Shown: in pieces, positions 26,459 to 36,466 of the stretch
How the letters are laid out: every line of letters starts with the position of its first letter
Position numbering within the stretch: the stretch's first letter is position 1
Origin: Thermoplasmata archaeon
Lineage (GTDB): Archaea; Thermoplasmatota; Thermoplasmata; Lutacidiplasmatales; UBA184
Direction of reading: 5' to 3'
Length of the DNA stretch: 64,000 nt
NCBI GenBank assembly: GCA_022750115.1
Contig: JAKIWI010000004.1
Span: forward strand, 97,939-161,938
The notes under the pieces: generated by a model
The model's database searches: none
Told to the model about the DNA's origin: nothing
The model's input: the letters and a program-made list of their open reading frames with translations, nothing else
Program-made: the position numbers and the translations under genes

Positions 26459-27223
26459 GTGGGACGGATTCTCCTCGGCACGAGCGGCTGGGATTACCCG
26501 GAGTGGACCGGTCGGTTCTACCCCCGCCACACCGTGCGCGACCGACTGCGGTACTACGCATCCCGGTTTGCGTCTGTCGAGGTCAACTCGACGTTCTACC
26601 GGCTCCCTCCGGTGTCGGTCGCCGAGTCGTGGGCGCGCCGGACCCCAAGCGAGTTTCGGTTCGCGGCGAAGTTCCCACAGTCGATCACCCACGACCGGCG
26701 ATTGGTCGGAACGGCCGAGGAGCTGCGTCGGTTCCTCACTGTCCTGCAACCATTGCGCGCTGCTGGGAAGCTCGCCGCGGCCCTCCTCCAACTCCCCCCG
26801 TCGCTGAAATTCGAGCCGGCGACCGTCCGAGCGTTCTACGAGAGCCTACCGGCGGACCTTCCGGTGGCGGTCGAGTTCCGCGAGCCGTCGTGGCTCGAGC
26901 CTGCCTCGTTCGACCTCCTGCGCGAGTTCCATCTCGCCTACACCGTGGTCGACGAGCCGATGCTCCCGATCCGGCTCGAGATCACAGCGCCGTTCGCCTA
27001 CGTCCGATGGCACGGCCACGGCCGGGAGATCTGGTACGATTACACGTACCGCGCGGACGAGATTGCGGCCTGGGTCCCGCGCGTGCGAGCCCTGGCCGAG
27101 AACGCCCGGGACGTCTACGGATTCTTCAACAACCATTTCCGCGGGGACGCCGCGACGAACGCCGAGCAGCTCCGCGACGGACTGGGCCTCGAACCACCCC
27201 CGTGGGCCCCGCGCCTCGGCTAG
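26459..27223 (+). CDS. DUF72 (YecE-like) family protein
   Basis: 'GTSGWDYPEW', 'FNNHFRGDA' signatures. Confidence 0.75.
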   Translation: MGRILLGTSGWDYPEWTGRFYPRHTVRDRLRYYASRFASVEVNSTFYRLPPVSVAESWARRTPSEFRFAAKFPQSITHDRRLVGTAEELRRFLTVLQPLRAAGKLAAALLQLPPSLKFEPATVRAFYESLPADLPVAVEFREPSWLEPASFDLLREFHLAYTVVDEPMLPIRLEITAPFAYVRWHGHGREIWYDYTYRADEIAAWVPRVRALAENARDVYGFFNNHFRGDAATNAEQLRDGLGLEPPPWAPRLG

Positions 27224-27321
27224 AATTCGTGCGATTTGTGAACCCGCGTCACGCAGACGCACAGCGTGTCGTTCGCGTGCGCCAAACCTAATACGTCCAA
27301 AGCCGGGGCGGCAATCCGCTC

Positions 27322-28920
27322 ATGAGTGAACCGGCCAGCGCCGCGCCACCGTCGTCTTCCGCGCCGAACGGCGGATCCGCCGGCGCCGTCGCCGCCGTCA
27401 AGGCGCGCGCGCCGACGCTCATCGTTCTCGGAATCCTCGCGGCGCTCTTGATGGGCGCCCTCGACAACTTCGTCGTCCTCACGGCGCTCCCGAAGATCGT
27501 CGGCGACCTCGGCCAACCCACCGGGGTGACGTTCGTCGTCAGCGCCTACCTGATCAGCTCGACCGTCGCGATCCCGATCTTCGGAAAGCTCTCTGACCTG
27601 TTCAGCCGGCGGAACGTCTTCCTGCTCGGCCTCGCGATCTTCATCGGCGGCTCGCTGCTCTCCGGACTCAGCCAGAACCTCAACGAGCTGATCGCGTTCC
27701 GCGCCATCCAGGGGTTTGGCAGCGGCGACTTCTTCCCGGTCGGCATCTCGATCGTCGCGGTCGTCTTCCCGCCCGAGACGCGCGCGCGCCTCATCGGCCT
27801 CCTCTCGGGAGTCTTCGGCATCGCGACGGTTGGGGGCCCGCTCCTCGGTGCCTACATCGTGGACAACGCGACGTGGCGATGGGTGTTTTACGTGAACATT
27901 CCCGTCGGCCTCCTCGGCGCCGCGCTCTTGCTCCTCACGCTCGGGCCGCTCTACCCCACCGAGAAGCGGACGTTCGACATTCCTGGCGCCGCGCTGCTCG
28001 CGGGATGGGTCGGGGCGCTGATGTACGCGCTCATCCAGGTCTCCGAAGCCGGCTGGGCCTGGACGGACAGCCGAATCATCGGGCTTCTGTTCGCCACCGT
28101 CGTCCTGTTCGTTGGCTTTGTAATCTGGGAGCTCCGCACCGCTGAGCCGCTGGTCCCGTTGCGGCTGTTCGCGCGACGCGTCGTCGCGGGGAGCGGCGGC
28201 ACCGCGTTCCTGATCGGCTTCTCGGTCTTCGCCCTGACGACGTTCATCTCGGTCCTGGTCGGCTTCGTGCTGATCAAGCCCGGCGCCTCCTCCGCGGATG
28301 TCGTCCGCGACGTGCTGTACGCGCTCGTGGTTCCGATCGTCTTCGGCGCCGCGCTCGGCGGCCAGTTCCTGACGAGGGTCTCCTACCGGACGCTGACGGC
28401 GGTCGGGGCGCTGATCTCGGCGGGCGGGTTCGTGTTCCTGACGACCGTCACGGCCACGACGCCCGTCTGGGTCTTCTGGCATGGCTTCCTCCCGGTCGGC
28501 GGGATCATCCTCCCGTTGATCCCGATCGGCTTCGGCGCCGGCATGACGCTCCCCGTGTTCATCCTCGCCGTGCAGAACGAGGTCCCAACGGCGGACGTCG
28601 GGGCGGCGAGCGGACTCGTCCAGTTCCTGCAGTCGCTCGGCGCCTCCATGGGGGTCTCGCTCCTCGCGGTGTTCCAACAGTCGCGGTTCAACGCGCTCGC
28701 GCCGGCCGCTCCGGCCGGGGGGTGCCCCCCCGGGGCGGTCCCTAGCCCGGCCTGCCAGGCGTACTTCATGGCGACACTGAACGCCACCGTCCACTCGTAC
28801 GACCAGTTGTTCACCCTCGGGCTCGGGTTGCTCCTGCTGACGTTCCTCGTCTCGCTGCTGCTCGTCGGTCGGATGCCCCGCGGCAAGCCCACGGAGTCCG
28901 CCCCCGCGGCGGCGCCCTAG
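27322..28920 (+). CDS. MFS transporter (14-TM DHA2/EmrB-like)
   Basis: 532 aa; about 14 hydrophobic segments; MFS motif 'GKLSDLFSRR'. Confidence 0.8.
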   Translation: MSEPASAAPPSSSAPNGGSAGAVAAVKARAPTLIVLGILAALLMGALDNFVVLTALPKIVGDLGQPTGVTFVVSAYLISSTVAIPIFGKLSDLFSRRNVFLLGLAIFIGGSLLSGLSQNLNELIAFRAIQGFGSGDFFPVGISIVAVVFPPETRARLIGLLSGVFGIATVGGPLLGAYIVDNATWRWVFYVNIPVGLLGAALLLLTLGPLYPTEKRTFDIPGAALLAGWVGALMYALIQVSEAGWAWTDSRIIGLLFATVVLFVGFVIWELRTAEPLVPLRLFARRVVAGSGGTAFLIGFSVFALTTFISVLVGFVLIKPGASSADVVRDVLYALVVPIVFGAALGGQFLTRVSYRTLTAVGALISAGGFVFLTTVTATTPVWVFWHGFLPVGGIILPLIPIGFGAGMTLPVFILAVQNEVPTADVGAASGLVQFLQSLGASMGVSLLAVFQQSRFNALAPAAPAGGCPPGAVPSPACQAYFMATLNATVHSYDQLFTLGLGLLLLTFLVSLLLVGRMPRGKPTESAPAAAP

Positions 28921-28959
28921 TCTCGGGGGGACCGGCCGCCGCTCGGCCGAGCGGTGCGA

Positions 28960-29163
28960 TCAGTACTGCAGGACCAGGGTCTTGCAGTCCCGGCACCGGA
29001 AGCCGGCGATGTAGACCATCCCGTAGGTGTTCGGCTTCGCGACTTCTTCGCCACCGAACGCGAGACGCGTGCGCTCGAGGAACCACTTCGAGCCGCCGAT
29101 GAAGCTCTCCGAGCCGAGAAACCCGGGGGCCATCGGTTTGGAGCAGTTGGGGCAGTTCGGCAT
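28960..29163 (-). CDS. small zinc-ribbon protein (67 aa)
   Basis: ATG at 29163; 'CPNCSKPM...x40...CRDCKTL'. Confidence 0.45.
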   Translation of the reverse strand: MPNCPNCSKPMAPGFLGSESFIGGSKWFLERTRLAFGGEEVAKPNTYGMVYIAGFRCRDCKTLVLQY

Positions 29164-29307
29164 GGCGAGAGTAGGAGGTACGATGCCGCGCCGACGAGAA
29201 GAGCTTTGTCGTTCGCGCGAGGGCGCGGGGACCAAGAAATCGCGTGGCACCACCGCGTTCGGTGGAGATTCCCGCCCCGAGGGCGGGGGAAAGGGTTCCG
29301 GATCGCG

Positions 29308-29742
29308 CTACTTGTGCTGGGTGAACTTGCGCAGCGACGCGGTGTCCTGCGAGAACACATGCTCGAAGTTCTTGCGGACCATCGGCTCGAGGTGCGCCTC
29401 GGGGACCGAGGGGGACTTGAAGTCGCCGACAATCGTCACGCCGGTCTTCGCACCCTTCGGGGTGTAGTAGTTGAAGAACTTCGACCCCGCGAGCGGTCCC
29501 TCGAGCTGCTCGATGGCCAGCCCGACGGGCGGCAGCATCGTGAGGCGGTTGACGACCTTGACCTTCTTCCCTTCCATATCCTGCTCCCACGAGACCTGCA
29601 CGGTCGTTTCCGTCAGCGGCTTCATCTGAGCGTTCTGGTGCTCGGGGTGGGACTCGCCGTGGTCGTCCTGGGACTGGATGAACCGCCAAACGGTTTCCAG
29701 GGGCGCGTCGAACTCTCCGCCTTCATCAACGATGTGGACCAT
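29308..29742 (-). CDS. SRPBCC (START/polyketide-cyclase-like) superfamily protein
   Basis: 144 aa from 'MVHIVDEGGEFDAPLETVWRFIQS'; the rest of the listed 526-aa ORF is read-through. Confidence 0.55.
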   Translation of the reverse strand: MVHIVDEGGEFDAPLETVWRFIQSQDDHGESHPEHQNAQMKPLTETTVQVSWEQDMEGKKVKVVNRLTMLPPVGLAIEQLEGPLAGSKFFNYYTPKGAKTGVTIVGDFKSPSVPEAHLEPMVRKNFEHVFSQDTASLRKFTQHK

Positions 29743-30036
29743 GGCGGGTCGACCCTCCAATCGTAGATGAGCCCATCGGGAGGCGACGCCTCGCCGTCCG
29801 GACCGGGCCGTTTCCAGCCGTTGCCTTCGTTTCCCGCGGAATGTCCGGAACGCCGAGACGGACTCGGCCCGACCACGGACCGCCGGCTCGTTGTGCCCCG
29901 CGCCCCCGACCGTGCGAACGGCGGCGCCGCGGAGCGCAAACCCACCGCTGCGATTTTCGCCCCGAAGTCGCACGGGAACCCGGGCCACGGGCGTGTCGCT
30001 CGTTTGCGCCCCTCCCCCTAAAGAACCGCCGAGGGA

Positions 30037-31536
30037 TTGGAGCCGCTCGTGGGAACGCGGACACGCCGTTCCAAGCTCGCGTCGGAACCCAATGTTCCGG
30101 CCGAACGCTCGCGCCTGCAGACGCGGCTCACCGAGTTGAAGTCGATCTCGGAGAACCCGGCCACGCCCGGCGCGTTCGACACCACGATCCTCGACCTCGG
30201 TGACTCCGACCCGTACATTCGGCGCGCCGCGGCCTGGACTCTCGGTGCGCTCGGAGACGTGCGGGGACGCGCGTTGCTCGAGGCCGCCCTCCAAGACCCG
30301 GACCCCGCCGTCCGGGGAACGGCGGCGGAGTCGCTCGGCGCCCTGGCCCTCCCACGGAGTCGGCTGGCCCTCGAGGAGGCCCTTGGGGACCCGGTGGAGC
30401 GCGTGCGCTCGCACGCCGCGTGGGCGCTGTGGGCGATCGCCGACCCCGCGTCGCTCGAGGCGCTGATCCCTCTTCTCACCGATCCCGACCCGTCGGTCCG
30501 ATGGAGCGCCGTTTCCGCGATCGGCCGTCTCCCCACGCCGGCGACGCTCGCACCTCTCGTCGGGGCTCTCGCAGACCCGAACGACCGGGTCCGTCGCGAA
30601 GCGATCCTGGGGCTGGGTCGGCTCGAGGATCCGAGTATCCCTCTCCTCGTCCGTCCGTTCCTCTCCGACGCCGCTCGCCGAGTCCGTGTGGCCGCAGCCG
30701 TCACGCTGGGACGACGCCGCGACCGGGGGAGTGTGCCGGCGCTGCTCGAGCGACTGCACGCCGACGAGGGTTGGGTTCTCCCCGGCGTCCTCGTCGCGCT
30801 GGGCCGGATCGGCGACCCCACGGTCGCCCCCGACGTCGTTGTCGCCGCCGGCCGCCGCGAGGCGTGGATCCGCGTCTGCGCCGTGCACGCTCTCGGACTG
30901 CTCGGCGTGCCCGAGGCGATCGAGGTCGCCCGGTCAGCGCTCACCGACCCCGCCTGGGCCGTCCGGGGGGCCGGGGCGGAGTGCCTCGCGCTCGTCGGAG
31001 GGCCGGACGACCTGAACCGCCTCCTCGAGCGGCTCGAAGATCCCCATCCATGGCCCCGGCGCGGAGCGCTCCACGCCATCGGCCGACTCAATCTCATGGC
31101 GGCCGCCCCGCGGGTGCGCGAGGAGTTGAAGCACCCGGTACCCGAGGTCCGGCTCGCCGCGATCTGGGCGCTCGGACGGTTGCGCGACGACGGCGCGAAG
31201 GAGGCGCTCGTCCAGATGCTCCGCTCCCTCGGACCGAACGCCGCCGAGAGCCGCACCCTCGCGGAGGGGGACGGCGGCGCCGTGAAGATCCTCTCCGACG
31301 CGGAGGGCCGCCTCTTCGACGCGACGGTCCAGGCGCTCTCGCGTCTGTGCGAGGGGGAGGGAGACCCGGTCGTCCTGCGCGCGGTCGCGGACGCGCGGGC
31401 GCGCGTCCGGGATGAGGAGCTCGACCGACCCGTCCGCCTGCCGACGTTCGACGACCCCGGGGTGCCCGGGCTCACCCTGCGCCAGCTGTTCGATGGCGTT
31501 CTCGCCGCCGTCGACGACGACGAGCTCGGATGCTGA
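30037..31536 (+). CDS. HEAT-repeat (PBS-lyase-type) protein
   Basis: At least 10 repeats of '(D/E)PDPxVRxxAAxALGxLG'; start is TTG/GTG (uncertain). Confidence 0.7.
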   Translation: MEPLVGTRTRRSKLASEPNVPAERSRLQTRLTELKSISENPATPGAFDTTILDLGDSDPYIRRAAAWTLGALGDVRGRALLEAALQDPDPAVRGTAAESLGALALPRSRLALEEALGDPVERVRSHAAWALWAIADPASLEALIPLLTDPDPSVRWSAVSAIGRLPTPATLAPLVGALADPNDRVRREAILGLGRLEDPSIPLLVRPFLSDAARRVRVAAAVTLGRRRDRGSVPALLERLHADEGWVLPGVLVALGRIGDPTVAPDVVVAAGRREAWIRVCAVHALGLLGVPEAIEVARSALTDPAWAVRGAGAECLALVGGPDDLNRLLERLEDPHPWPRRGALHAIGRLNLMAAAPRVREELKHPVPEVRLAAIWALGRLRDDGAKEALVQMLRSLGPNAAESRTLAEGDGGAVKILSDAEGRLFDATVQALSRLCEGEGDPVVLRAVADARARVRDEELDRPVRLPTFDDPGVPGLTLRQLFDGVLAAVDDDELGC

Positions 31537-32468
31537 GGGGGTTCCGGACGGCGGACCTCCCCGCCTACTACAACCTGATGACCGGGGAGTTCCCGGAGGA
31601 GAACCGCCTCCTCGGCTGGCGGCGCGCGGAGTTCTTCCGGATCATTCGGCGGCTCGACCGACTCGACTTCCGGATCGTCCTCGGGCTCCTCAACGCGATC
31701 GGCCGACCCCTCTTCCGCCTCTACATCATCGAGGTGGACGGGGCGATCGCCGCCTCCGCTCTCGAGTCGTTCGGCCCCGTCTCGGCGTACGTGGGCAGCG
31801 TCGTCGTCGCCCCGCGCTTTCGACGGCGCGGGCTCGCCCGGCAGGTCCTCGAAGCGTGTCACGCGATGGCCAAGCGGCGAGGGAAGCGATTCGTGATCCT
31901 CGACGTTCTCGACTCCAACGCGCCCGCGATCGCCCTCTACGACTCGTTGGGGTACCGCCTCGTCGGGCATGGCTCGCATCTCGTTCGCTCGATGTCGACC
32001 CCGCTCGCGGCCGCGGAATCCGGGAGCGTCCGATCGTTCCGGCGTTCGGACGGAGAGGCCCTCGCCGACATCGCGCGGACGATCGTCCCCCAAGCTCGCC
32101 AGGAAGTGCATCCGATCGGGGCCTCGGAGTTCCGCGTCGCCCCAGCGGTAGTTCGCGCGCTCGACTCGAAGAGCGAAGCGTGGGTCGTGGACCGAGGCTC
32201 GGGACCGGTGGCTTGGATCCGGGCGAGCGTGAGCCCCGCGATGGACGCGGGGCACCTCACCGCACCCGTGATCGGTCCTTCCGCCGACCCGGTCGATGTC
32301 CGGGCGCTCCTGACCCGCGCCCTGGAGTGGAATCGAACGGAAGGGGCGAGCCGCGTCGTCGTGGAGGTCTGGGACGAGAACCTCCGCGGCCAGGCCGCTC
32401 TCCGCGAGGCGGGGTTCGAGGTGGCGTATGGGATCCGCACCCTCGCGCTCCCGACCGGTGCGGCGTAG
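31530..32468 (+). CDS. GNAT family N-acetyltransferase (two-domain)
   Basis: 'YVGSVVVAPRFRRRGLARQVLEACHAMAKRRG' acetyl-CoA site; ATGCTGA overlap with the HEAT gene. Confidence 0.7.
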   Translation: MLRGFRTADLPAYYNLMTGEFPEENRLLGWRRAEFFRIIRRLDRLDFRIVLGLLNAIGRPLFRLYIIEVDGAIAASALESFGPVSAYVGSVVVAPRFRRRGLARQVLEACHAMAKRRGKRFVILDVLDSNAPAIALYDSLGYRLVGHGSHLVRSMSTPLAAAESGSVRSFRRSDGEALADIARTIVPQARQEVHPIGASEFRVAPAVVRALDSKSEAWVVDRGSGPVAWIRASVSPAMDAGHLTAPVIGPSADPVDVRALLTRALEWNRTEGASRVVVEVWDENLRGQAALREAGFEVAYGIRTLALPTGAA

Positions 32469-33765
32469 GGCGCCCTCCCCTCGGGGCGGGCTCGACATCT
32501 ACCTACTTCCGGCGGTCGTCGGAGGCGGCCTGGGCGACATCGCCGAGGTCCTCGATGCGGGCAGCGCGCTCGCCAACGCCGGATTCGACCCGGTCCTCTA
32601 CCGACCACCCGGCCGGCGGCTCCCCGCTTCCGTCGACGGGCCGTGGGACTTTTCCCGGGTCGAGCGGCGAACGTCGCTCGAACCGACGGCGAAGCGCGCG
32701 ATCACGATCACCCCGAGCTGGGGCGTGAGCGCGGCACGCGAACGACCGGGTCGACTGGGACGACCGGGGCCGTGGGCCCGGGAAGCGAGCGACATTGAGG
32801 AGCGGTATGGGCCGGACTCGACGCTCCACATCAGCCTCGAGGAGTTTGCGCGCACGCTCACTTCCCCAGACGAGAACGAGGAGCGTTGGCGCGAGGGCGG
32901 TGTAGCGGCGCGGGCCAAGGCCCACGATCGCCGCACCACCCGATTCCGGGACGATGCCCTCGAATTTCACCGGGCGTACCGAGAGTTCCGGGGATTCGAC
33001 CGACCGAACCTCCTTCACCTCTACCAAACGTTCCGCGCAAGCGCCCCGTTCGCCCGCGAGTACCCCGAGGCGGTCCAGATCGGTCCGATCTGGCCCCCGA
33101 CGCGCGCGGCCCGAGCCGGAGTCGCGCCGGTCGACCCCTCGACGTGGATCTGGTACGCGAGCCCGTCCTCGTCCGCTGCGCTCGTCGAGGCGATCGACGC
33201 CGGGCTCCGCGGTTCTCCGGTGACGCGGGTTCGGGTACGCTCGCCGCGCCCGTTCCCGCTTCCGTCGTACTCGCCGATCCGATGGAGCGCGGACCCCGCG
33301 TTCGTGAGTTCGGAGTGGTCTCGTGAATTCGGCTCCGCCGGAGTCCGCATCGTGACGGGAAGTCGGACGCTGCTGGAAGCGCTCCGGCTCCGGTCGCCAT
33401 TCCTGTACTTCAACGGAACAATGGGCGCCGGTCCCCGGAGGCGGCGGCACCGACCCGAGAAAATCCAGGCGCTGATTCGCGCCTGGGGGGCCCGCGGGGT
33501 TTCGGGTCCGTACCTCCGCGACCTCGACGATTTCTCGCGGGGGCGGCGCGTGGCCGAGATCGTCGGCCGAGCGGCCACCGACGGCGAATGGCGGCGCCGG
33601 TTTCCGAGGATCAGCCCGGTCTCGGGGTTCTCGATGCACCGGGAGGATGGCGGACGGTTCCTCGTCTCGCTTGCCCGGTCGTTCGCGAACGACACCGCGA
33701 CCGCCGGGGAATTCGTGCGCAGGGTTCGCGTCGGCGGTGGGCGTCGAAGCTCCCACCAACTCTAA
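32428..33765 (+). CDS. hypothetical protein, possibly a divergent GT-B-fold glycosyltransferase
   Basis: ATG at 32428 overlapping the GNAT 3' end; 'LLPAVVGGGLGD' N-term and 'IVTGSRTLLEALRLRSPFLYFNGTMGAG' C-term reminiscent of GT1/MGT. Confidence 0.4.
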   Translation: MGSAPSRSRPVRRRAPSPRGGLDIYLLPAVVGGGLGDIAEVLDAGSALANAGFDPVLYRPPGRRLPASVDGPWDFSRVERRTSLEPTAKRAITITPSWGVSAARERPGRLGRPGPWAREASDIEERYGPDSTLHISLEEFARTLTSPDENEERWREGGVAARAKAHDRRTTRFRDDALEFHRAYREFRGFDRPNLLHLYQTFRASAPFAREYPEAVQIGPIWPPTRAARAGVAPVDPSTWIWYASPSSSAALVEAIDAGLRGSPVTRVRVRSPRPFPLPSYSPIRWSADPAFVSSEWSREFGSAGVRIVTGSRTLLEALRLRSPFLYFNGTMGAGPRRRRHRPEKIQALIRAWGARGVSGPYLRDLDDFSRGRRVAEIVGRAATDGEWRRRFPRISPVSGFSMHREDGGRFLVSLARSFANDTATAGEFVRRVRVGGGRRSSHQL

Positions 33766-33793
33766 ACCCGAGGAGTCGCATCGTCCCAGTGCG

Positions 33794-34903
33794 ATGGCGA
33801 CGGACGGAGCCGCCGCATCGTCTCTGGCCCGCTCCCTCATCGGCGGCGCCCTCCACGTCCGCCCGGGCGAGAACGTCGTCATCGAGACGTGGAACCACAC
33901 GCTCGACTACGCCCGCGCGTGCGTGGTCGAGGCCCGCCGGATCGGGGCACACCCGCTCCTCTGGCTCGAGGACGAGACGGCGTACTGGCGGAGCGTCGAG
34001 GAGACGCCGACGGTGAAGGCGTGGTCGAAGCCGGGCGAGCACGAGTGGTCGGCGCTCGCGAAGTCCCACGCCTACGTCTTCTTCCCCGGACCGGCGGACC
34101 GTCCGAGGCTCACGCAACTTCCTCCGAAGCGGATGGAGGAGCTCGTCGCGTACAACGGCGAGTGGTACCGTCGCGCGAAGAAGGCGCGGCTGCGCGGCGT
34201 TCGCTCGGTCCTGGGCTACGCGTCCGATGCGCAGGCGGAGCGATGGGGCGTTTCGGGCGTCGCCTGGCGCGACCAGCTCATCCGCGCGGCCACCGAGGTC
34301 GACCTCGCGGTCGTGCACGATGACGCGAAGCGGGCGGCGCAGAAGCTCAAGACCGGACGCGAGCTCCGCGTCACGGCCCCGAACGGCACCGACATCTCGA
34401 TGAAGCTCCGCCAGCGGACGCCGTACGTCGACGACGGTTCGGTGACGAGCGAGGACCTCGCGATCGGCGCGAACATGACGGTCTCGCCCCCCGGGACCGT
34501 GCTCGTCGCGGTCGACGAGAAGAGCGCGAACGGGCTCGCGATCGCGAACCGACCGAGCTTCCTGAGGGCCGGCCGCGTCGAGGGCGGCCAGTGGGAAGCG
34601 AAGGCCGGCAAGGTGTCGAACATCTGGTACACCGAGGGCCAGGCGGAGTTCGACGCGGCGTTCCAGGCGGCTCCGAAGGGGAGCGATGTGCTCTCGATCT
34701 TCTCCATCGGCCTGAATCCCTCGCTCGACCCCGGCGTGCCGCAGGTCGAGGACCAGGAGGCCGGCGCGGTGACGCTCGGCATCGGCGGGAACACCGGCTA
34801 CGGCGGGTCGAACAAGTGCCCGTTCCTCTCGTGGATCGTCATTGGCGAGGCGACCGTCGCCGTGGACGGGAAGCCGCTGTGCGACCGGGGCAAGCTGCTC
34901 TAG
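33794..34903 (+). CDS. M29-family aminopeptidase (AmpS/PepS-like)
   Basis: 369 aa from 'MATDGAAASSLARSLIGGALHVRPGENVVIETW'; M29 thermophilic-metalloprotease architecture. Confidence 0.7.
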   Translation: MATDGAAASSLARSLIGGALHVRPGENVVIETWNHTLDYARACVVEARRIGAHPLLWLEDETAYWRSVEETPTVKAWSKPGEHEWSALAKSHAYVFFPGPADRPRLTQLPPKRMEELVAYNGEWYRRAKKARLRGVRSVLGYASDAQAERWGVSGVAWRDQLIRAATEVDLAVVHDDAKRAAQKLKTGRELRVTAPNGTDISMKLRQRTPYVDDGSVTSEDLAIGANMTVSPPGTVLVAVDEKSANGLAIANRPSFLRAGRVEGGQWEAKAGKVSNIWYTEGQAEFDAAFQAAPKGSDVLSIFSIGLNPSLDPGVPQVEDQEAGAVTLGIGGNTGYGGSNKCPFLSWIVIGEATVAVDGKPLCDRGKLL

Positions 34904-35478
34904 CCGCCGCGCGGCTCCGCTCGCGGTTCGCCGCACCGCTCCCGGCGGAGTTCTACGGCCGAGCGACGCCCCGGGTGGCGCGCGAGCTCCTCGGGGCGTG
35001 GATCGTCGTGCGAACCGGGCGCGCCCTACACGGCGGACGAATCGTCGAGACCGAAGCGTACGTTGCGGAGGACGCCGCGAACCACGCGCGCCGCGGGCCG
35101 ACGCCCCGCAATCGGACCATGTTTGGCCCTCCTGGCTCGCTCTACGTCTACCGGATCCATCAGGTGCATTGCGCCAACGCGGTCACGCGGCCCGGAGAGG
35201 CCGTACTCCTCCGCGCCGCCGAGCCCCTGAGTTCGGGCCTTCCGAGTCTGAGCGGCCCGGGCCGATTGTGCCGCGGCCTCGGCGTGACCCGCGACGACGA
35301 CGGAACCTCTCTCGTCGACGGGCGCGTGCGGATCGTCTCGGGGGACTCGGCCCCGGAGTTGATCGTGCGGGCGCCTCGCGTTGGGATCTCGCGTTCGGTC
35401 GAACTCCCGTTACGTTTCCTCTGGGAGGGCCACGCTTCGGTGTCCCGGCCGCGTCCGTGGGGGCGCACGACCGCCTAG
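34879..35478 (+). CDS. mpg: DNA-3-methyladenine glycosylase (Mpg/AAG family)
   Basis: 'YGRATPRVARELLGAWIVV...IVETEAYVAEDAANHARRGPTPRNRTMFGPPGSLYVYRIHQVHCANAV' family signature. Earliest in-frame start is GTG at 34879, overlapping the aminopeptidase 3' end. Confidence 0.8.
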   Translation: MRPGQAALAAARLRSRFAAPLPAEFYGRATPRVARELLGAWIVVRTGRALHGGRIVETEAYVAEDAANHARRGPTPRNRTMFGPPGSLYVYRIHQVHCANAVTRPGEAVLLRAAEPLSSGLPSLSGPGRLCRGLGVTRDDDGTSLVDGRVRIVSGDSAPELIVRAPRVGISRSVELPLRFLWEGHASVSRPRPWGRTTA

Positions 35479-35636
35479 TGGATCTTCGCCCAGTCGTACC
35501 CGCGCCATCGCGCGGTCGACCCGAAGCCGCACGAGGAACAGACGTTCTTCTGGCGGTGGTAGGAGTGCGATCCGCAGCGCCGGCAGCGGATGTGCACGAT
35601 CTTGCCGCCGCGCCGAGAGGGGGTTCCCTTTCCCAT
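35475..35636 (-). CDS. rpl37e: 50S ribosomal protein L37e
   Basis: Manual translation 'MGKGTPSRRGGKIVHIRCRRCGSHSYHRQKNVCSSCGFGSTARWRGYDWAKIH*' (53 aa, C4 zinc finger). Below the ORF-track length cutoff. Stop shares a CTAG palindrome with mpg. Confidence 0.85.
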   Translation of the reverse strand: MGKGTPSRRGGKIVHIRCRRCGSHSYHRQKNVCSSCGFGSTARWRGYDWAKIH

Positions 35637-35707
35637 GTTCTACTCCGGAAGGATGCGGGCGTACCGAGATGGTGCGAGCATCACGACTGTGGTGCGGTCA
35701 AACGGCG

Positions 35708-36454
35708 TCATCGTCGGGGAGGCCGGCGAGACGAGGTTCCCTTCTTAACGGTTCCGTTTCGGGGCGAATCGAGCCCCTTCGCGAGAGCTCGGAGCGCCCT
35801 CAGCACGGTGTCGCGGCGCAGCGGGGGCGACGGGCGGGCCAGCGCCCGGAGCACTCGTTTCGTGACCGCGGAGGCGGAGTCCCCCGCGCGAACGAATTGG
35901 ACCGAGCCCGCGGAGCCACGCGAGAGAGCGGCCCAGAACTCGCGCTCGACCCGGCCTACGGCCCGATGTCGGGCCGCGAGGAGCGCGGGGTGGGTGGCGC
36001 GCGAACGCCGGGATCGCGAGCGCCTCACCGCCTCCGGGGCATCGAGGTAGACGACCCGCTCCGGGATCACGACCCGCCGTTCCTCCAGGTCCGCGATCAC
36101 TCGGTCGGCGACGGCCTTCGAGACCCTGCGGTAGCGGGAGTCCAGCTGCGCCACCCCCGCGCAGTACGTCGCGGGGCCAAACGGCGCCGTATCGAGTAGA
36201 ATGCCCCCCCGGGACGGCGCGAGGAGTCGCACTTCCTGACTCCTCCGTCGCTCGGCCCGCAGGAGTCGTCGTTCAATCGCGAGCAGCGCCGTCGGGGAAT
36301 CGAATCGAAGGGGCGGACGCGGGCGGAGTCCGACGAACGCCTCGGGGACCACCGTCCACTCTCCCGCACGGGCGAGCCGCTCGGCGATCGTCGACTTCCC
36401 GGCGGCGGAAGGCCCCTCGAGGGCGACCAGCCGAGCCGCCGGCACGGACGCCAC
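35708..36454 (-). CDS. P-loop NTPase (nucleotide/nucleoside kinase-like)
   Basis: 'LEGPSAAGKST' Walker A; 248 aa. Confidence 0.55.
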   Translation of the reverse strand: MASVPAARLVALEGPSAAGKSTIAERLARAGEWTVVPEAFVGLRPRPPLRFDSPTALLAIERRLLRAERRRSQEVRLLAPSRGGILLDTAPFGPATYCAGVAQLDSRYRRVSKAVADRVIADLEERRVVIPERVVYLDAPEAVRRSRSRRSRATHPALLAARHRAVGRVEREFWAALSRGSAGSVQFVRAGDSASAVTKRVLRALARPSPPLRRDTVLRALRALAKGLDSPRNGTVKKGTSSRRPPRR

Positions 36455-36466
36455 GCGTCCCGGACC

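Noticed and set aside
27220-28794. 524-aa minus-strand ORF antisense to the MFS transporter
   Set aside because: D/E/R-rich antisense artefact; the plus-strand MFS with 14 TM helices is the real gene.
30018-32498. 826-aa minus-strand ORF (Ser/Arg/Pro/Ala-rich) antisense to the HEAT and GNAT genes
   Set aside because: Low-complexity composition; the plus-strand genes have clear repeats and motifs.
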